From Octopus vulgaris (Eukaryota), in contig OX597814.1 in assembly GCA_951406725.2 (NCBI GenBank), forward strand, positions 211,978,001 to 212,042,000: DNA of 64,000 bases, read 5' to 3'. Shown piece by piece: positions 26,542-40,088 of the stretch. The notes below the pieces were generated by a model. That model made no database searches and was not told the DNA's origin. It saw only the letters and a program-made list of their open reading frames with translations. Every line of letters begins with the position of its first letter. The stretch's first letter is position 1. The position numbers and the translations under genes were made by a program.

Positions 26542-27135
26542 TACGAGGTGTGATCAATGATTATCCAGACTGTTGCCATAGTAACAATGCTAAAGCAATG
26601 AGAGTAAGGCCGCTAGGGGAAGATTGCCCTTAAACACTGCTGTGTACGTGCATTAAGTTATAATGTTCAAGCCCACTTACGCTGTTTACAGTAGTGATTG
26701 GAAGGAAGGTGTGTAGCGGGTGATGGTCGCATTGACCATGACGGAGAAAGTTGTCAGGGCGTTACCTACTCAGACGCCTAAGTAAAGTTGCAGAATGTTT
26801 ATGGGGAAGAGTGTATGAGCCGCACACAAGTGTACAAGTAGTTCAGACTTTTCCATGATGACGGGAAAAATGTCGATGTTAACAAACGTTCTGGGAGACC
26901 CGCAACCAGTAGGACTGAGAACAATCATCACAGATGTGCATGCAGCTGTGGGGGCATCGTCGACGTTTTTGCAACATTTAATAAAGATTCTCTCAACTCA
27001 ACTTTCTCTGTCATGGTCAATGCGACGATCACACGCTACATACCTTCCTTCCTTGCACTGCTGTAAACAGGGGAAGTAAGCTAGAACTTTAAAACTTTGT
27101 GGGCAGGCACGGCAGTTTAGGCATATCACTCTTTA
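26542..27135 (+). mobile_element. Mariner-derived non-autonomous element with long inverted arms and transposase HTH remnant
   Basis: Starts TACGAGG (mariner-type end); LQNVYGEECMSRTQVYK*FRLFHDDG...RSGRP HTH-region motif; about 26640-26750 is inverted relative to about 27003-27120. Confidence 0.75.
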
Positions 27136-28469
27136 GGCATGTCATTCTTGAGATTCTTGTAAAGTACTTTGAATAAAGATAGATTTTTACTTGACAGTTG
27201 TGCATTTCCATACGAAACATGAATAATTTCTCTCACAAATTTAATTTAGTCTGATATAATGTTTAAATATAATCCTTTTATAGGAAACTAGATGTACATG
27301 TTTCTGACAGAATTAGTCTTGAAGTACATCGATATAAGTTTACATAAAGTGAAAATTCCAGAGTGTAGAACAAGCGCATTCACCAGATTGTATTGATACA
27401 TATAGCATAGTTATAACTGAAGGTAAAGTTTGCATTTTGATTCCTCAAATGCATTTTCACAGCGAAAGTGTCTTTCTATACAAATCGAAAAGCGTTAAAG
27501 TTGTGTCGTAAAGAGCAGCATTTGACACCTAAGAATTATTATAGAAAAATTCCACTGCCACGTGTGTTTAATTTAGATTAATCAAATTTCAGCCGTAATA
27601 ATGAAATAAAATAACTTTTTGAACATTATCATGAAATGATTCGCCAAGTCACAAATTTTCAAGAAAATTATAAATTGTTAAAACTGGTTAAAGGGTATAT
27701 CAAGATATTATTTGATGCTGATATAATTTGTAAATTAGATGAATGTGTGTTAGATTGGTTATCTTGTAAATACATTCTAGTATTCAGTCGATAAGCATCT
27801 GTATTTTAAGATATTAAAATAAATATCAGATCAATTACAACTGTTAAACGAATTTTAGTGAAGAGCGATTAATGACGAAGATAATAATGCTATAGTGGGC
27901 TGCAGAATTAAAGCGAAAGGTGTTATGAACAAAATAACTTTACATGCGTTGTCAACATATTTTCTTGATAACCATGAAATGCAAAAGCTATGAGGAATTC
28001 TGATTCTTGGCAAAGGCGGAGCTTAATTATATGATATTAAGTATCTATAAATGTAGTGTAAGATGACGTCTCTGTATAAAAGCTACTTAAATAATGTTTA
28101 CTGAAAACGTAAAATGATGGTTTAGCTTCCCGTTTACACGAGAAATTTCAGATGCTATTTACAGCAATACAAATTGTTTCCCGTGAGAGAAATTATAATA
28201 TTCACACTCCATGTACAAGAAAATGTTATCACATCAACGGTAAATGTAAATGGAACCTATATGCACCACTGCAATGGGCTTTACTAAACAGAATTGTACA
28301 CACAAACACAAACACACACAAGTGAACGCAGAAATAAATACATAAATCCATACATGCGTACGTACATACATGGAGCTTTGTGTCTTTGTTGGAAACCGAG
28401 TCCCTCCTCAGTGGGAGAATTATAATAAGAAATATGAGACATACATTCATCAATAAATACATACACGAA

Positions 28470-28529
28470 TATATATATATATATATAAATATATGTATAT
28501 GTATGTATATATGTATACATATATATCTA

Positions 28530-28561
<32 letters not shown>

Positions 28562-28609
28562 AATATATGTATATGTATGTATATATGTATACATATATAT
28601 CTATATATG

Positions 28610-28644
<35 letters not shown>

Positions 28645-28712
28645 TATGTATATGTATGTATATATGTATACATATATATCTATATATGTATATATATATA
28701 TATACATATGTA

Positions 28713-28806
<94 letters not shown>
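28470..28806. repeat. Compound TA-rich microsatellite with three higher-order units
   Basis: ataaatatatgtatatgtatgtatatatgtatacatatatatctatatatgt repeated at about 28485, 28559 and 28638, then pure (TA)n. Confidence 0.85.
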
Positions 28807-28808
<2 letters not shown>

Positions 28809-29530
28809 AAATATCTAAGATAAATAATGCAGAAATGGATTGTGGTTTATATCATTATATCATCAGGAAGGAATGATACTATCGTGCCATCAATTTTCTA
28901 GACACAACAATGGGACCAGGTAATGTGTTTGAGACTGTATCTTAAGCCAAAGAGGTGTACATACTAGGCTCTCATATTTGATACTTAATGCATAACATAT
29001 AAAGTTATGAACGAACACATATGACTGCAACGTCTATGACACAGCAAATCGTTTATTCTAACATTAAGTACGAATCTATGTAGGGAATTATTTAATTCAA
29101 TACAGTACCATTCTCTGCCAGATCATAAATGTGATAGGATATAAATCGAAAAACGGTTTAGGTTAATCATTCTGCAAGGTAAAATTTCAGTTGCTATATC
29201 AGAGAGTGTAAATGCTGTAAAGCTGAATCATGGTTTTGCAAACCTGGTTATTATTAACCATTAAATTTCAAACTAACGAGTTGAACCTAAAATATATATT
29301 GGCACCTATAAATTGAAATGCCAAAATAGATTTTGTAGATACAACGATTCCTTTATTAGCTGTGATAAAATTGTGCTATCATCCTTCGAAATTTATACGT
29401 TTATTATGCGAGGTATGACATCTCGGATTCGAAATTACCAGTTCAAATGTACTTAAGATAAGAGTATAGAGGTGAATGTAAACAAAAATGAAACAAATAT
29501 AAGGGTGGGGTCATTTATTTCATATTAATA

Positions 29531-30057
29531 GAGGGTTATACAAAATGAATGAACCAAATTCATTTAGCAGTATTTTAATAAGGACAAGCAATTGAAATCT
29601 CCAGCTAAGTGACACATATTTACACACAATGAACTTTTTATATCCTGTCTTAGACGTGTTCAATATGGCCCCCACTGCAGCACGGGTAACGCCAATGTGA
29701 TTTCAGAATTCCTCCCAGACGCGTATCAGCATATCACGATCTACTGAGTACATTTTATCGAAGGTTTTCAATTTCACGTCTATGTGAATACCTTCAGGAA
29801 TCGCCTTAAGTAAAGAAAATTTATTCTTTTGTTCAATAATGAAATTGCTTTTGATTTGCTGATACGCGTCTGGGAGGAATTATCTTGTCGCATTGATGTT
29901 GCCCGTGCTGCAGTTGGTGGCCATATTGAACACTTGTAGGACAAGAAATAAAAGTTGATTGTGGGTAAGTACTTATGACTTAGCCGGAGTTTTCAATTGC
30001 TTTTCCATATTAAAATACTGCGTAATGAAATCCGTACGTAATTTTTGAATAATCCTG
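29531..30057. mobile_element. Tc1/mariner-superfamily fold-back element made of two inverted 3' ends
   Basis: 29531-29735 is inverted to about 29850-30057; the arm encodes the transposase C-terminus LIRVWEELSCRIDVARAAVGGHIEHL*. Confidence 0.8.
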
Positions 30058-31631
30058 GGCAATCTTGTTCAGGATGTAAAATAGTTAGCTTCGGGAGTTT
30101 TACAAGAAATTCGTGTTTAAATGTTCCTTAAACGACAGAACTGCGTAGGAAAAATTCCTGTGCAATCCCACGAGAGCTAGAAATGAAATGAAGGCAATGC
30201 CCTTGAAATAGACGTGTTTTGTACGTACTGCTAGCAGTATTTTAATAGAGTATTAAGATACGGCTTTCCTTCTCCCTGTAATATTTCAATGTTTTTTTGA
30301 GATAGGATCGTTTGTTATGCTCTAGTAGTCAGTTTAAACGGTTTGAGGTTTTTTTTGCTCTCATTATGTTGTTGCCATTGCGACATGTCTGGTAACGTTT
30401 CCTGTCACTAAAATTCGAGTGTCAATAACCTTGATGATGTAAATATGAATGCATATTCTCAGTATCTATATTCCATAAGAGTATATATTCTAGTTAGAGA
30501 TTTTACGAGATCTTATAGTTTACGAGATCTTATAATTTATAGAAGCGAATAAAGAGTGTTCATATTCTACACGGGATATTAAATATCATGCAACCTCCTG
30601 AGAAATTTTGAAATGCTTTAGCGAAATTATGGTTCTCTTGGCATTATAAAATCTCCGTAGCATCCTATGGTGCTTATATAAAAGGCAAATTAAATAGAAT
30701 GAAGGAAATGTAAATATACTTTGAGAAAATACATTCCCGTATGAAGTAATATAATCTATAGTAAGAGTGTCATTTAAATATTAAGGTTTCTTCATTGTAA
30801 TATTATATAATTTGAACATGTGTCAACTATTCATTATCTCTCAATTTCTAGTTCAAGTTAGGTATTTCATCGATAATAAGACACTTCTAATGATGTAATA
30901 TATACTTGCTAATTCTATACATAAAATATCTATAATTATGCTAGAAAATGGGGTAGAAATTCACTAGGCTGATTTTAAATAATAATTTCACGCTTCTAAT
31001 ATATTATATTAATAATATAAATACATCATGCTTAATTATGTATTTGAAATGACTTAGAAGAATTTGATTGAGAAATAATGGCTGTAGATTGATATAATTG
31101 CAATTATGTAATTGTGAAATTATCTTCACTGAAATATGACCATTTTCGTATGCAGGCAATTAGTCTCTTTATATCTTAGTAATATCTTGTGCAAATTCTC
31201 AAAGATTTGCTAGTTATAGTTACCTACATAGTATGAAATTATGTTGACAAACTAATGCAATGCGGTATCAATTGCTCCTTTCTCCATATCAATCACATGA
31301 TCTCTATCATAATCAGCGGTCTACGGACGAAAATTTATGATCATTCAATTAAGCATGCTATATAGAATATTTATGGCAGCAAAACATCTAATTAAGTATT
31401 CAAACCACTAATGCTACAAACGTTTGCTTAGCTGATTACTTCTAAGTTTCATGTCTTTCGAGCTGAATTAGTTTAATAGTACAACATTGACTTACATACA
31501 TTTGGGTATTTAATGGTGTTCAACCCTATAAGATGCTCAAGGGAATCAGGACTTCATGTTGCTCTTATTCCTCCGTGGATGACGTAAGAACTAGAAACAG
31601 ATTTGAAATCAGTAGTACATGAATATTCTCC

Positions 31632-31740
<109 letters not shown>

Positions 31741-32652
31741 CCACTAGACATTAAAAATATTTAAATTTTTATAAACTTTCGAAATTTGGAAATTTGGAAA
31801 TACGGAGAAAAGAAAAAAATCTGGATTTTCTCAAATGAGGATTTCGAAAGACCTCCCAACTCTTCACAGTTAAAATATTGTTTATTAAAAAATAATTACA
31901 ATGTTTTAAAATATTTTAAAATATATTTTTTCTGTTTTTTTTTTTTTGTTTCTTCATTCTTCATTTTTGAGTTTCCCAATTTTCTATTTTGTCAGTTCTC
32001 CTCCTTTCTTCTACTCTACCATCTTTCATACTTACCCTTTGGTTTCCCCATATATAAACCGCTACACCCCTCCTACAAGTATCTCATTCTCCTTCTACCT
32101 GTTTATTCTTTCCTCCTAGCTCAACTTTACGTCTCTTAGCATAGGACCCCTCTCACAATCCTACTATGGCGTCACCCTATTACGTCCCTCTGTATTAGAA
32201 CACGACGATGTTGCCTGAGATACATCAATCTGTATATTATGTAAGTCTTGCTCCTGCCTTTAACCATTGCAGATCTAGCTGAGCAAGATAAAGTGAATGC
32301 AGGTTCATTTTTCATCGACACAACCACTCATCCCAAAATATATTTTAAACGTTTGAAAAACTGACGTGTGTACAAGAGGGATACAGCACCAAGAAGGTCA
32401 GACTGCTGCTCCTGCCCGTAATGCAGCTACTACTAATGATAGTACTGATGATGTTGCCTGGAATACAGCTGGTGCACTACATGCTGCTGTTGCAGCTGCT
32501 TTTAATACTACTACTGCTACAACAACAACTACTACTACTACTACTACTGCTACTACCACGACCACCACAACCACCGCTACTACTACTACTACTAATACTA
32601 ATAATAATAATATTAATAATAATAAGAATAATCATGATAATAATAATAAAAA

Positions 32653-33045
32653 AAATATAAAGACCTACTCATTGAAATTGAGAAAATGTGGCATCTCAAG
32701 GCGGTTACAATACCAGTGATCGTAGGAGCACTAGGAATGATCAAGAAGGGAACCGAAAATTATATGAGAATGATCCCTGGCTTACCATCCCTGCAAGAAG
32801 TGCAAAAGATTGTCTTAACTGGTACATCACACGTATTGAGAAGAGCATTGTCGATGTGAGAACTGTTGCTGCTCATGTATTTTAATTTTAATTTAACTTT
32901 AAAAAAAAAAAAAAAAAAATGAACGAACTACTGAGTTTGGTTTAATGGCCTACCAATATACACTATGAGTTTCTTTGCCCTAGGAGTGGGGAAGACACTC
33001 GGCAAGAAATGGAAGAAAATTTGAAAGAAGAAAAAAAAAGTAATA
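32653..33045 (+). mobile_element. 5'-truncated Dong/R4 non-LTR element (further subfamily) in a CTA/AAT trinucleotide array
   Basis: Open frame 32653-32859 KYKDLLIEIEKMWHLKAVTIPVIVGALGMIKKGTENYMRMIPGLPSLQEVQKIVLTGTSHVLRRALSM* (not in the ORF track); 3' UTR ends in (AAT)n. Confidence 0.85.
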
Positions 33046-33053
33046 ATAATAAC

Positions 33054-33110
<57 letters not shown>

Positions 33111-33744
33111 CATGATAATAATAATAATAATAATAATACTAGTATGCCGGCTTCTGTTTTATAAATTTATTTGACAAAACACATCTGATATATAATCATC
33201 ATTCACAAACAAAATTGCATACTTCTATCAATTGTTATTTCAATTGATTTTTTTTATCGGTGTTAATATTACAAATTATATTTCCATGTTATGTTGATAT
33301 AATATTCATTATGTTTCCTCCATTCCGACTTTACCTTGTATTCATGCATTTTCAGCATTTTACCAATAATCAATTTAACAAATTTCAACTGTTATTGAAA
33401 CTCATTTACCGTTTAATGGAACTGATTATAAAAAGAAAACATTTAAATAGAATAAAGGAACTATAATTGTAAATAAATGTGATCAACATTACGAATTATA
33501 TTCCACATTAAAAATGGATTATAAACAGTATATTATATGAACACTCGTGCACACAAGGACATGCAAGCGCTAACGTACACACACATTCACTCACATGCGA
33601 AAGAAAAAAAATATATATATATACCTGCATATATACACACATATATATATATTTACATATACCTCAAAATGCAGTATAATATGAATATAACCACTCTTAC
33701 AGCCGTCGCCGTTGAACATATACAGCTCTCGCCCATTGCCTACT

Positions 33745-33805
<61 letters not shown>

Positions 33806-33808
<3 letters not shown>

Positions 33809-34222
33809 GGTGAGAAATTGAATATTAATTTGATTAATGTCAATATAAAACCAGTCGTCTAACATGTAGAAAAGTCCGAATATTCAGAAAAATTACATTA
33901 AATACATATAAGAGGGATGATCAAAAGTGGACATCCATTATGTTAGAAGTCGACCCCCTATGGTCTCACCATTAAGAAAGGAATGTTCTCAAGAAAGTGT
34001 AGCAAACCCTAGAACGTAAGCGAGCAAGACAAATGAAAAGATACAAAATATATAAAAGAAATGAAACGATACCTTTCGTATCCCTTCATTTCTCTTGCTC
34101 GCGTACGTTCTGACGTTTGCTAATTTTTCTTGAGAACATTCCTTTCTACGTGGTATAAACCTCGGGGTTCGACTTCTAGCAAAATGGATGTCCACTTACT
34201 GGTCACCCCTTTTATACGTATG

Positions 34223-34290
<68 letters not shown>

Positions 34291-34889
34291 GAGTGTATTT
34301 TTACCTTGTTAACAATTAACACGGAAAAATAAATAAATAGTTACCAGGGCAGCAAAAATCTCACAAGTGAAGTAGTTGTAACTCCTTGTTTATAAAGGTA
34401 GAATGTTCGTGTTTACGTTGAATATTTTGAATTATATGAATAAAAAATGGAGTTAACGCAGGTGTAAACAAATATTGATTAATGTCAATATAAAACCAGT
34501 TGTCTAACATGTAGAAAAGTCCGAAGATTCAGAAAAATTACATTAAATACATATAAGAGGGATGATCAAAAGTGGACGTCTATTATGTCAGAAGTCGACC
34601 CCCTATGGTCTCACCATTAAGAAAGGAATGTTCACGAGAAAATGTAGCAAACCCTAGAACGTAAGCGAGCAAGACAAATGAAAAGATACAAAATATATAA
34701 AAGAAATGAAACGATACCTTTCGTATCCCTTCATTTCTCTTGCTCGCGTACGTAGTGATCATCCCTCTTATATGTATTTAATGTAATTTTTCTGAATCTT
34801 CGGACTTTTCTACATGTTAGACAACTGGTTTTATATTGACATTAATCAATATTTGATTACACCTGCGTTAACTCCATTTTTTATTCATA
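33806..34889. mobile_element. PLE-type non-coding unit: 279-bp direct repeats, 134-bp terminal inversion and long internal hairpin
   Basis: 33830-34108 is near-identical to 34475-34753; 34435-34568 is inverted at 34756-34889 (1 mismatch); imperfect hairpin 33902-34048/34074-34221; bounded and split by (TA)n. Confidence 0.75.
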
Positions 34890-34896
34890 TATATAT

Positions 34897-35095
34897 GTGA
34901 CCTCGTGTGTACCGTTGGCGATTTTTTTCCTCTGTCTTCCCTTCTCGGGATCTTTGCTTCTGCTATGTTTCCGACGAAGAGCTCCGCTCGAAACGTTAAA
35001 CCCTCTTTTTCCCCTTCTTTCCTGAGCGTCCAATAATACTATATTTGTTCCACGTCCTCGCGTTCTTGTGTTTTTTTGTGTTTTCTTGTTTGCAT

Positions 35096-35100
<5 letters not shown>
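34897..35100 (+). mobile_element. PLE pseudo-LTR fragment with minimal hammerhead (34967-35001)
   Basis: GTTT-CCGACGA-a-GAGC-tcc-GCTC-GAAA-C-GTT-AAAC: stems I and II intact, palindromic AACGTT, U4-to-C core change; between (TA)n. Confidence 0.7.
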
Positions 35101-35169
<69 letters not shown>

Positions 35170-35231
35170 GGTCCCGGGTTGATTCGGGGTTAACCACAGT
35201 AAGTAAGGTACTATATAGCAGAGTAAAATTA

Positions 35232-35316
35232 ATTTATTATATAGAAGGAGCTTCTACAGAGCTTCTTCCTATTTCTCTTGAATGAAACAGTACTATGTAG
35301 AAGCTCCTTCTATATA

Positions 35317-35322
<6 letters not shown>
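35232..35322. repeat. Perfect 27-bp inverted repeat (PLE-type fold-back)
   Basis: atttattatatagaaggagcttctaca 35232-58 / tgtagaagctccttctatataataaat 35296-322. Confidence 0.9.
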
Positions 35323-35366
<44 letters not shown>

Positions 35367-35456
35367 GTATATTTACATGCATATATTTAGTAAGAGGAAG
35401 AATGAGAAATGTGATACTGTAAGAAAGTGAGGTGGGTGGAATAAGAGGGACGCAAG

Positions 35457-38449
35457 TAGGGTTGCCGATTTAGTGTATTTTATGCCTGCTCTAGCATTTG
35501 TATTTAGCATTTAGCAGAAAAGATTTGAATATAGCACTTACCAAGGAAAATAGCAGGTTTAAAATGTTATTTAGCATTTTTTAATCATTTTTCTCTGATT
35601 ATGACATTTCCACAATTGTCACACTTTTTTCCTCTTTTTCCTTCGTTCTACTTCCGTTAATTTATCCTATAGCCAAATTTTAGTACTATCGGCTATTGTT
35701 GAATTTTACTTTCACTTTCTTGAAACTTCAAATGAAAGTATATCAAAAGGAAGTTCATCAAGTTGTGAACTTTTCCACCACCCACCACCGGGTTGGATAC
35801 AGAGCGGTGCTGAAGGGGGATAGGGAGCATATAACTCATGTCAGCATCTGAATTGACTACACAATAATTTAAATACGTTGCAAAGAATGAAAGCATGGAA
35901 ATTCGTCCTAACAATGCTTTACTCTGTAGTTGTGAGTTATTATCATGACAGGTTGACTGATGTACATTCCGTTTGACAGTTTTAAAATAGGCCTGTTTTT
36001 TCATTCTTGTTTTAGATTATATGTCTTGTATAGGGTGATGGGGTCTCCCTCGTTATATTTCTAGTTACTTTTTTGCTCAATTATCGTTGTCGTATTTGTG
36101 CTTTTTTCCAATAGATTATTTAATATAAGAATGGAAGCGAAATATGATGTTCCCAGGTTTGTATCAGAACTCACTTTCAGGATTTCTGCAGATTTTACAT
36201 TTCCATGTGTAAGTTGGCCACTCTGCAACCTGAATCATTATTCTTCATCTCAAGAATTTGTAAGCAGTAAACATAAGAACTGTTAATGACAAATGAAAGA
36301 ATTGTTAGCGGCAAACTGATAAGTTGTATTTTCAATTTTATATTTTTTATTAATCATTCAATTTAATTTCTTGCTTCCCAGTACATTATACTGAGCAAGG
36401 AAAAAAACAAAGTTATACCAGCAAATATTCCGAAAGGAATGGCTTATGATGCCAGCGTTTAATAAGTGGTTGTGTGAAGTACCCAGTGACCAATCTAAAG
36501 CACATTTCAGATACTGCAGACGTAATATGTTGGCAAGATATTCTCTTTTAGTAAGCCACTGTGAAGCAAAGAAACATAAGGCATCAACTCTACAGCGAAT
36601 GATTCCTCTTACCAATTTTATTAAAAACAAGAGTGATAAGACGTCTATGCTTGAAGTAAATTTACCAATGTTTATTTGTTGCCACACGTCATTTAATAGC
36701 TGTGATCATTTAATAGAGTTATGTAAGAATTATACATCTGATAGTGATAGTATATCCAAAGTGAAGTTGCATCGTGCAAAATGTGCATATAATGTGAGAA
36801 ATGTTCTAGCTCCATATTTTGATGAAAGTTTTATTTCTGATATAGGAAATAGAAAATTTAGCTTGTTATTAGATGAATCCAATGATATATTGATAAACAA
36901 GTTGTTAGGAATTGTTATCATATATTATAGTAACACTCACAAAAAAAGTGGTACATACATATCTCAGTATGGTATCTTTAGAAACATGTGATGCAGATGC
37001 CATTGTAGATGCCTTAAAATGGAGTTAGTGAAAGAGAAATTAGCTATAAAAAAATTAAAAGGCTATAGGAACCGACAATGCTAGAGTCATGATAGGGGTG
37101 AACAATGGTATTTTCCAAGAATTAAAAGAAGGTCCATCATTATTTCTTTCTAGATGTGTATGTCATTCTTTACAGTTGGCCGTATCCCACACTTGTGCTC
37201 ATAAATTTAGAATTTTTAGTATACGAAACCTATAAATGGTCCTCTCATTCTCCAACAAGACAATGTGCCTACAAACAACTATACCTTGCTACCGATGTTA
37301 AAGAGCCTTTGAAGATCGTGAATTCTTGAACAAGTAGATGACTGTCAATAGAACCAGCGGTAAATAGAATGTTAAGCCAAAGGTTTGAATTGGAAACTCA
37401 CTTCCAAATTACAACTACAAAAGTAAAATGCTTTACAACACAAACGTTACATGAAATGTTTCTTTTTGCATCCAAATTTTATAACATGTGAATAAATTGT
37501 ATGAATCAAACACTGTCGACGAAATGAAATTACTTGAAGATCTTTCAAATTTGATCCAATCTGTTGTTAATATGGTAGTATTGCCAACATGTAGACCTGA
37601 TCCTCTTGATCCGGATGCTTCTATTGAAAACTTTCTGGATCCTAAACCAAATTTATTCTACATGTTCGAGAGAAAGATAGCAAGAAATAGTTGTCAAGTA
37701 GACTGTAACAACCACCGAAGGAAATAATATTCGTAAATGAGCACAACAGTTTTTACTCTGCCTTTATAAAGAGCTCAAGCACTGTTTGCCAGGAAATGGT
37801 AATACTCAGGAATATCAAATGTTTTTCAGTAGAGAATATTTTGCAGCATTTCAAAGAGCCAATTTTGCCTGTCTTAGAATCAATGCATTTAAATGAAGAA
37901 CAAAATTGATCCAATTGAAATTCCTCTAGGCATTATTGATGGAAGTCTTGGAATGTAAAAATACTACTGGAGGAAATCCTTTTAGAGATGTTGCAAATCT
38001 ATTGACATTGCCAAACACACACATGCAGAAGTAGAACGGTTGTTGAGTAGTATGGTTGTAATCAAATCAAAATTGAAAACCAAAATAAATCTTCCTATGC
38101 TTAGAAAAATAATGTCTATAAAATATGGTCTGAAAAGATATGGGAAACGTTGCAAAAATTTCGATCTTCTAAAGCACATAATTAACAAGATTGGGACCTT
38201 GAACGTATACAGAAGTCAAAACCTAAGCATCGCAGGTGAAAGTGACCAAATCAGTGAAGTTGAAGAAATCATTTCTCAATGCTGAATATAATTAAAGAAA
38301 GTAAACAAAAATGTAAATAAAATTTAAGCTGTTTGATATAATTATCATTTGTAATTTTTTTTTATCATATTAAGCAGTTTTTGGTATTTTTTTGGTATTT
38401 TCTCTTCTAAAATTTAGCATAAAATTCTGAATTTAGGTTGGCAACAGTG
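35457..38449 (+). mobile_element. Full-length hAT DNA transposon, non-functional
   Basis: TIRs TAGGGTTGCC (35457) / GGCAACAGTG (38449); 8-bp TSD gacgcaag 35449-56 / gacgcaaa 38450-57; subterminal TTTAGCA repeats at both ends. Confidence 0.92.
36395..38285 (+). pseudogene. hAT transposase pseudogene
   Basis: BED-like FRKEWL...KWL...FRYCR...HCEAKKH; FSLLLDESND (first D); IGTDNARVM (second D); CVCHSLQLAV (CxxH); HAEVERLLSSMVVIKSKLK (catalytic E/dimerization domain); many stops and frameshifts. Confidence 0.9.
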
Positions 38450-38826
38450 GACGCAAAATAAAACTGGAGTAGAATTCTGAAGGGAATAAAATGGAAATGA
38501 TTTGTTTTTGTAATGAATAATACAGCAAATACACATCTTTCCATCATCACATACATACATGCATATATATATATATATATATACATACATCCATACATAC
38601 ATACTTACATGCATAAATACATAAATACATACATGCATACATACATGCATACATAAACACGTACATATATACATGTACACAGACACACTCACACACACAC
38701 ACATGGTATATGAAATCTTTATGACGATATATCAAATATCTTTCTAATGTGTATTGACCTACTTGTGAAAATTCATGAATATACTACCTATGTTTTTCAA
38801 GTACATGTATTGTATAATTATTGATA

Positions 38827-39555
38827 CTAGTGGGAACCCGTGAATATTTCACGGAATTAATAGTAAACCTATTGGGTTATTTCTGATAACTTTATTCAAA
38901 ATACTGATGGCATAGACTGTGTTGTGTCTGTATCGAAAGATAGCCGCTTATCTATTACTGGAATACAAATTGGAATACAATGGTTACTTAAAGCATTTTA
39001 TATATACCCTTTACATATTTTATGTACAATTTTATAGATTTAATACACAGCACTAATAAAATAAATATTCACTTTTAAGTTTCCGTTTTTTGCCATAAAC
39101 AAAATAAAAATGTGCAGTACATAACGATGCAACCTTTAGTTAAATTGCATATAGCTGCCACGTAAATAGGCGTGAATATTTAACGATATTTCACATATGC
39201 ACATGCGTTAAGTGATAGGTGGTACAAATAAAAACAGATCAATTTGTAAAAGATACGATTTTCACCATCGAATAATAAACACCACCACCTATCACTACCC
39301 CAACAGCACGACCAGCACCAACACCACCACTACTACCACTACCGTCATCTGTCTCCCTCTCTCTCCCTATCTCCTCTCTCTGACATCACACTTACTCTTT
39401 CATTCCCCTCTCTCTCTCTTCTCTCACACTATCCTCTCTCACTCTCTCGCCTCTGTTTCTGAGAGAGAAGGGAAAAAAGGAATTAAAGAAAGGATGAGAG
39501 AGAAAACGATAGGGGAAGAGAATGCTATAGATTTGAGTGGCGTCAAAAATATTAA

Positions 39556-39560
<5 letters not shown>
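38827..39560 (-). mobile_element. Non-autonomous Helitron-like element (3' end defined, 5' end uncertain)
   Basis: Minus strand ends CCGTGAA-ata-TTCACGG (hairpin 38838-38854), 7 nt, then CTAG|T (38827-30), the canonical Helitron 3' signature. Confidence 0.55.
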
Positions 39561-39599
<39 letters not shown>

Positions 39600-39607
<8 letters not shown>

Positions 39608-39947
39608 AAAGAAAATATTTCTCCAGCGTTCTCTATTTTAAACTTTCTCTGGTCTAACGACCTCCATGTCAGTTTTCGTTCTATTTTTCTTTGTATGTTT
39701 CCACTGTCTTTGTATTGTTACCAATTTTAACACTCCATAAATACCAAATTTTATTTTGGTTTTGTGGGAGCAACTGCCTTCCAGATTTCCTATTGTCTTT
39801 CAGTGCTCAAAATGAGGAGTAGATGGACATCCAACAACTGAAAAAGGGACATTCTTTATGTTACTGTTTTCCATTTGTTTCTCACACTGTTTGATTAAAC
39901 AAGTCATCTGTTTTCGTATTTCATATTGTTTACAGTCTGCGATGTCC

Positions 39948-40007
<60 letters not shown>

Positions 40008-40034
40008 CACTCACACACACACATACACACACAC

Positions 40035-40088
<54 letters not shown>

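Noticed and set aside
32366-32719. Thr/Asn-rich 117-aa ORF
   Set aside because: Degenerate CTG/CTA/AAT trinucleotide array running out of frame into a Dong fragment
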